From: Elsinoe ampelina | Lineage: Eukaryota | Reading direction: 5' to 3' | Assembly (NCBI GenBank): GCA_010093995.1 | Contig: ML992534.1 | Location: 1 to 47,627, forward strand | Length of the DNA stretch: 47,627 nucleotides | Shown: positions 45,241 through 47,627 of the stretch, in pieces | How positions within the stretch are numbered: position 1 is the stretch's first letter | Layout: the number at the start of each line of letters is the position of its first letter | Program-made: the position numbers and the translations under genes | The notes under the pieces: model-generated | Seen by the model: the letters and a program-made list of their open reading frames with translations, nothing else | Databases searched by the model: none | Told to the model about the DNA's origin: nothing

Positions 45241-47130
45241 ATGGCGGAGAAGGTAGACGAGGACATCGAGGACTATGACCAGATCACGCTGGACCCTGAC
45301 ACCCTCGTCCATGGCAGCACTGGGACTTACCCCGACCAAAACACTTCTGGACCCAACGACAAGTTGAAGGTCTTACCGAAAGATGAAGGTCGCATACGAA
45401 GGTCGTCGGAGCCTGGCAGTCCTGACGGACGACGGCAGAGCTTGCAGGTCCGACTTGAAGAGACGGAAGAGGAGGGCAAATACATCCTGACGGCAGATGA
45501 CCCAGAGATACAGGATATCCTACGAAGAGGAATCGCAAGAGAAGAAGCTGCAGCTAGTGGAATGCGGACAAGATTACGAGACTTGGTCTTCACGAGGCAG
45601 TTCACCACTTTCGACAGACAGAACCCACTCAGCTCCGAATCACCCTTCCATGGCTTCTTCACGCTCTTCTGGCTGGCCATGGTGCTCATGTTCTTCAAAG
45701 TCGCTGCCTCGAATTGGAGAGACTATGGTAGCATCCTGGGCAGGAACGAGGTCATGAAGACCATGTTCAGCCGAGATGTGGTGGTGTTGGGGCTGACGGA
45801 CCTGGCTATGATCTTCTCGACCTCGATGGGGGTGCTGCTGCAGAAAGCGATTGTACGAGGTCACCTGAAGTGGTCAACATCCGGTTGGATTATCCAGAAC
45901 GTCTGGCAGTCACTCTTCCTCGGTGGCATCATCGGCTGGACCTACTACCGCGAGTGGCCCTGGACTCACACTATCTTTATGGTCCTGCATACACTAGTCT
46001 TCCTGATGAAACAGCACAGCTATGCTTTCTACAACGGACATCTATCTGGAGTATACCGTCGGCGACAGAAGCTGCAGAACAAGCTCAAACGACTTCGAGC
46101 AAATGCTGGCCTGGGGATTAACGGTCAGACTGCCAAAGTTTCCGGATCAAACCCTATGGCCCAGACAACATCGGCTGCAGGTATTGGCAACCTCAAGAAT
46201 CGCACTCGGCCGGTCATGTCTGACAGATCCTCCACCAACTTGACCGAGGGAGTCTCCGACGTCGCTCGTGTGGCCAAAGCCATCGAGTCTGGAAACCCGC
46301 TAAATGACGACCAGATGGAAGCGTTCGAGAGGGTCATGCTCGCTGAGATTGACGTCCTTACCACCGAGCTGAAGGGCAAGAATGCTAGTGGCAGCAATGC
46401 TTACCCCAAGAATCTGACCTGGACAAATTTTGCCGACTGGACATGCCTGCCGACCCTCGTCTACGAGCTGGAATATCCTCGGCAGGAACGCATCAACTGG
46501 TGGTACGTCGCTGAGAAGAGCGCCGCCACCTTCGGCTGCATTGGCGTGATGATGGTCATCTCACAAGCATATATCTACCCACCAGTTGCTCGGTCTGTCC
46601 GCATGAAGGAAGCCGGCGTGCCTCTCCGTGACCGAGCAAACGAGCTTCCGTGGCTAGCAAGTGACATGCTATTTCCACTATTGCTGGAACAGTTGCTCAC
46701 ATGGTATGTCATCTGGGAATGCATCCTCAACGTCCTCGCGGAGCTCACTTGCTTCGCCGACAGGGGCTTCTACGATGCATGGTGGAACGCGTCTAGCTAC
46801 GAGGCCTACTCGAGGATGTGGAACAAACCAGTACACAATTTCCTCCTCCGACATGTCTACCACTCGTCTATATCAACATTTCACCTTTCCAAGACCTCGG
46901 CGACCTTCATCACGTTTTTGCTCTCAGCACTTGTCCACGAACTAGTAATGGCATGTCTGTTCAACAAAGTGAGAGGCTACCTTTTCACAATGCAGCTCCT
47001 GCAGCTTCCGCTGGTCTCGCTGTCGAGGTCGAAATTGCTCAAGGGGAGGGATTTGCTTGGAAATGTGATTTTTTGGACGGGATTGTTCATAGGACCGAGC
47101 TTGCTTACTGCTTGCTATCTGTTGATATGA
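45241..47130 (+). CDS. Sterol O-acyltransferase (ACAT, Are1/Are2-like; MBOAT family)
   Basis: FTRQFTTFDRQN, LMKQHSYAFYNG, PTLVYELEYPR, FADRGFYDAWWN, WNKPVHNFLLRHVY and catalytic SALVHE motifs; multiple transmembrane segments. Confidence 0.94.
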   Translation: MAEKVDEDIEDYDQITLDPDTLVHGSTGTYPDQNTSGPNDKLKVLPKDEGRIRRSSEPGSPDGRRQSLQVRLEETEEEGKYILTADDPEIQDILRRGIAREEAAASGMRTRLRDLVFTRQFTTFDRQNPLSSESPFHGFFTLFWLAMVLMFFKVAASNWRDYGSILGRNEVMKTMFSRDVVVLGLTDLAMIFSTSMGVLLQKAIVRGHLKWSTSGWIIQNVWQSLFLGGIIGWTYYREWPWTHTIFMVLHTLVFLMKQHSYAFYNGHLSGVYRRRQKLQNKLKRLRANAGLGINGQTAKVSGSNPMAQTTSAAGIGNLKNRTRPVMSDRSSTNLTEGVSDVARVAKAIESGNPLNDDQMEAFERVMLAEIDVLTTELKGKNASGSNAYPKNLTWTNFADWTCLPTLVYELEYPRQERINWWYVAEKSAATFGCIGVMMVISQAYIYPPVARSVRMKEAGVPLRDRANELPWLASDMLFPLLLEQLLTWYVIWECILNVLAELTCFADRGFYDAWWNASSYEAYSRMWNKPVHNFLLRHVYHSSISTFHLSKTSATFITFLLSALVHELVMACLFNKVRGYLFTMQLLQLPLVSLSRSKLLKGRDLLGNVIFWTGLFIGPSLLTACYLLI

Positions 47131-47287
47131 ATAAGAAATGAATGGGCTATGATGTTGCAGGATTCGATGTTTGTGATTTGTTTGTGTGGTGACGTGCGTT
47201 GAAAACCTGAATGCTGTGGTGCAGGTGGTCAGGCCTTCGACAGTTTGTGCCAAGGACAGCAAGTCCGGCACCGCAATCTGTTCACTT

Positions 47288-47627
47288 TGTTGTAACTAGC
47301 AAATCGGATCGAGAGACGTGTGTTTCATTCAGAGAGTTACAATAACCGATTTATCTACTGTGCGTGCGCTGACTCATCAGTACCAGTTCTTCAGTACCAG
47401 AGAAGCTGTACCAGCCTTCTATTACAACACTCCCCCTCTAGTATAGATTGCTAAAGCTAGAGAACTGTCCTGTCACATGTAAGTAAAGTGATTAGCTTAT
47501 CACTTTATCTCTTTGTAATTGCTTGTGATTGTTAGTGTTAGCTAATCATTAGTGAGAATTCACCATTAGTTTAGCTTATAATTGCTAGCAACAATAGTAA
47601 CTATTAACAATAGCTAGGCAGCTATTG
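47288..47627 (-). mobile_element. 3' end of an LTR retrotransposon (Copia-like signature): LTR 47288-47429, polypurine tract 47430-47438, TA-rich internal sequence running off the window
   Basis: The LTR is bounded by the inverted 8-mers TGTTGTAA..TTACAACA. The adjacent CTCCCCCTC reads GAGGGGGAG on the minus strand directly before TGTTG. The sequence shifts abruptly to TpA-rich composition. Confidence 0.8.

Noticed and set aside
1..47627. CRISPR arrays, rRNA or tRNA genes, prokaryotic operons
   Set aside because: The sequence is intron-containing fungal DNA; no repeat-spacer array or recognisable tRNA or rRNA was seen by eye.

Overview
This is eukaryotic DNA from a filamentous ascomycete (Pezizomycotina), judged from the short GT-AG introns with CTRAC-type branch sites and the fungal gene families; the species cannot be determined from the sequence. 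The left block (1-18 kb) is housekeeping and signalling: Nma111 protease, dihydrolipoamide dehydrogenase, Asn-tRNA synthetase, Hsp31/DJ-1, Vac14 and a GAF hybrid histidine kinase. The middle block (18-41 kb) looks accessory. It holds secreted enzymes (CBM1-GH5 mannanase, a streptogrisin/alpha-lytic-type protease, a mucin-stalk HExxH metallopeptidase-like protein, a PL3 pectate lyase, a GMC oxidoreductase) and an amidohydrolase. It also holds two decayed genes (a PNP-NACHT NLR-like relic and a P1B heavy-metal ATPase relic with large internal deletions), a 132-bp TA-flanked MITE, and a compact, highly structured ~200-bp segment with hammerhead-like features. The right block has a PLP aminotransferase, a Syn8-like SNARE, a GFA protein and a sterol O-acyltransferase, followed by the 3' LTR and polypurine tract of a TA-rich LTR retrotransposon that runs off the window. 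Exon boundaries were read by hand, and family assignments come from recognised motifs, not database searches. I found no complete novel multi-gene system that I can support.
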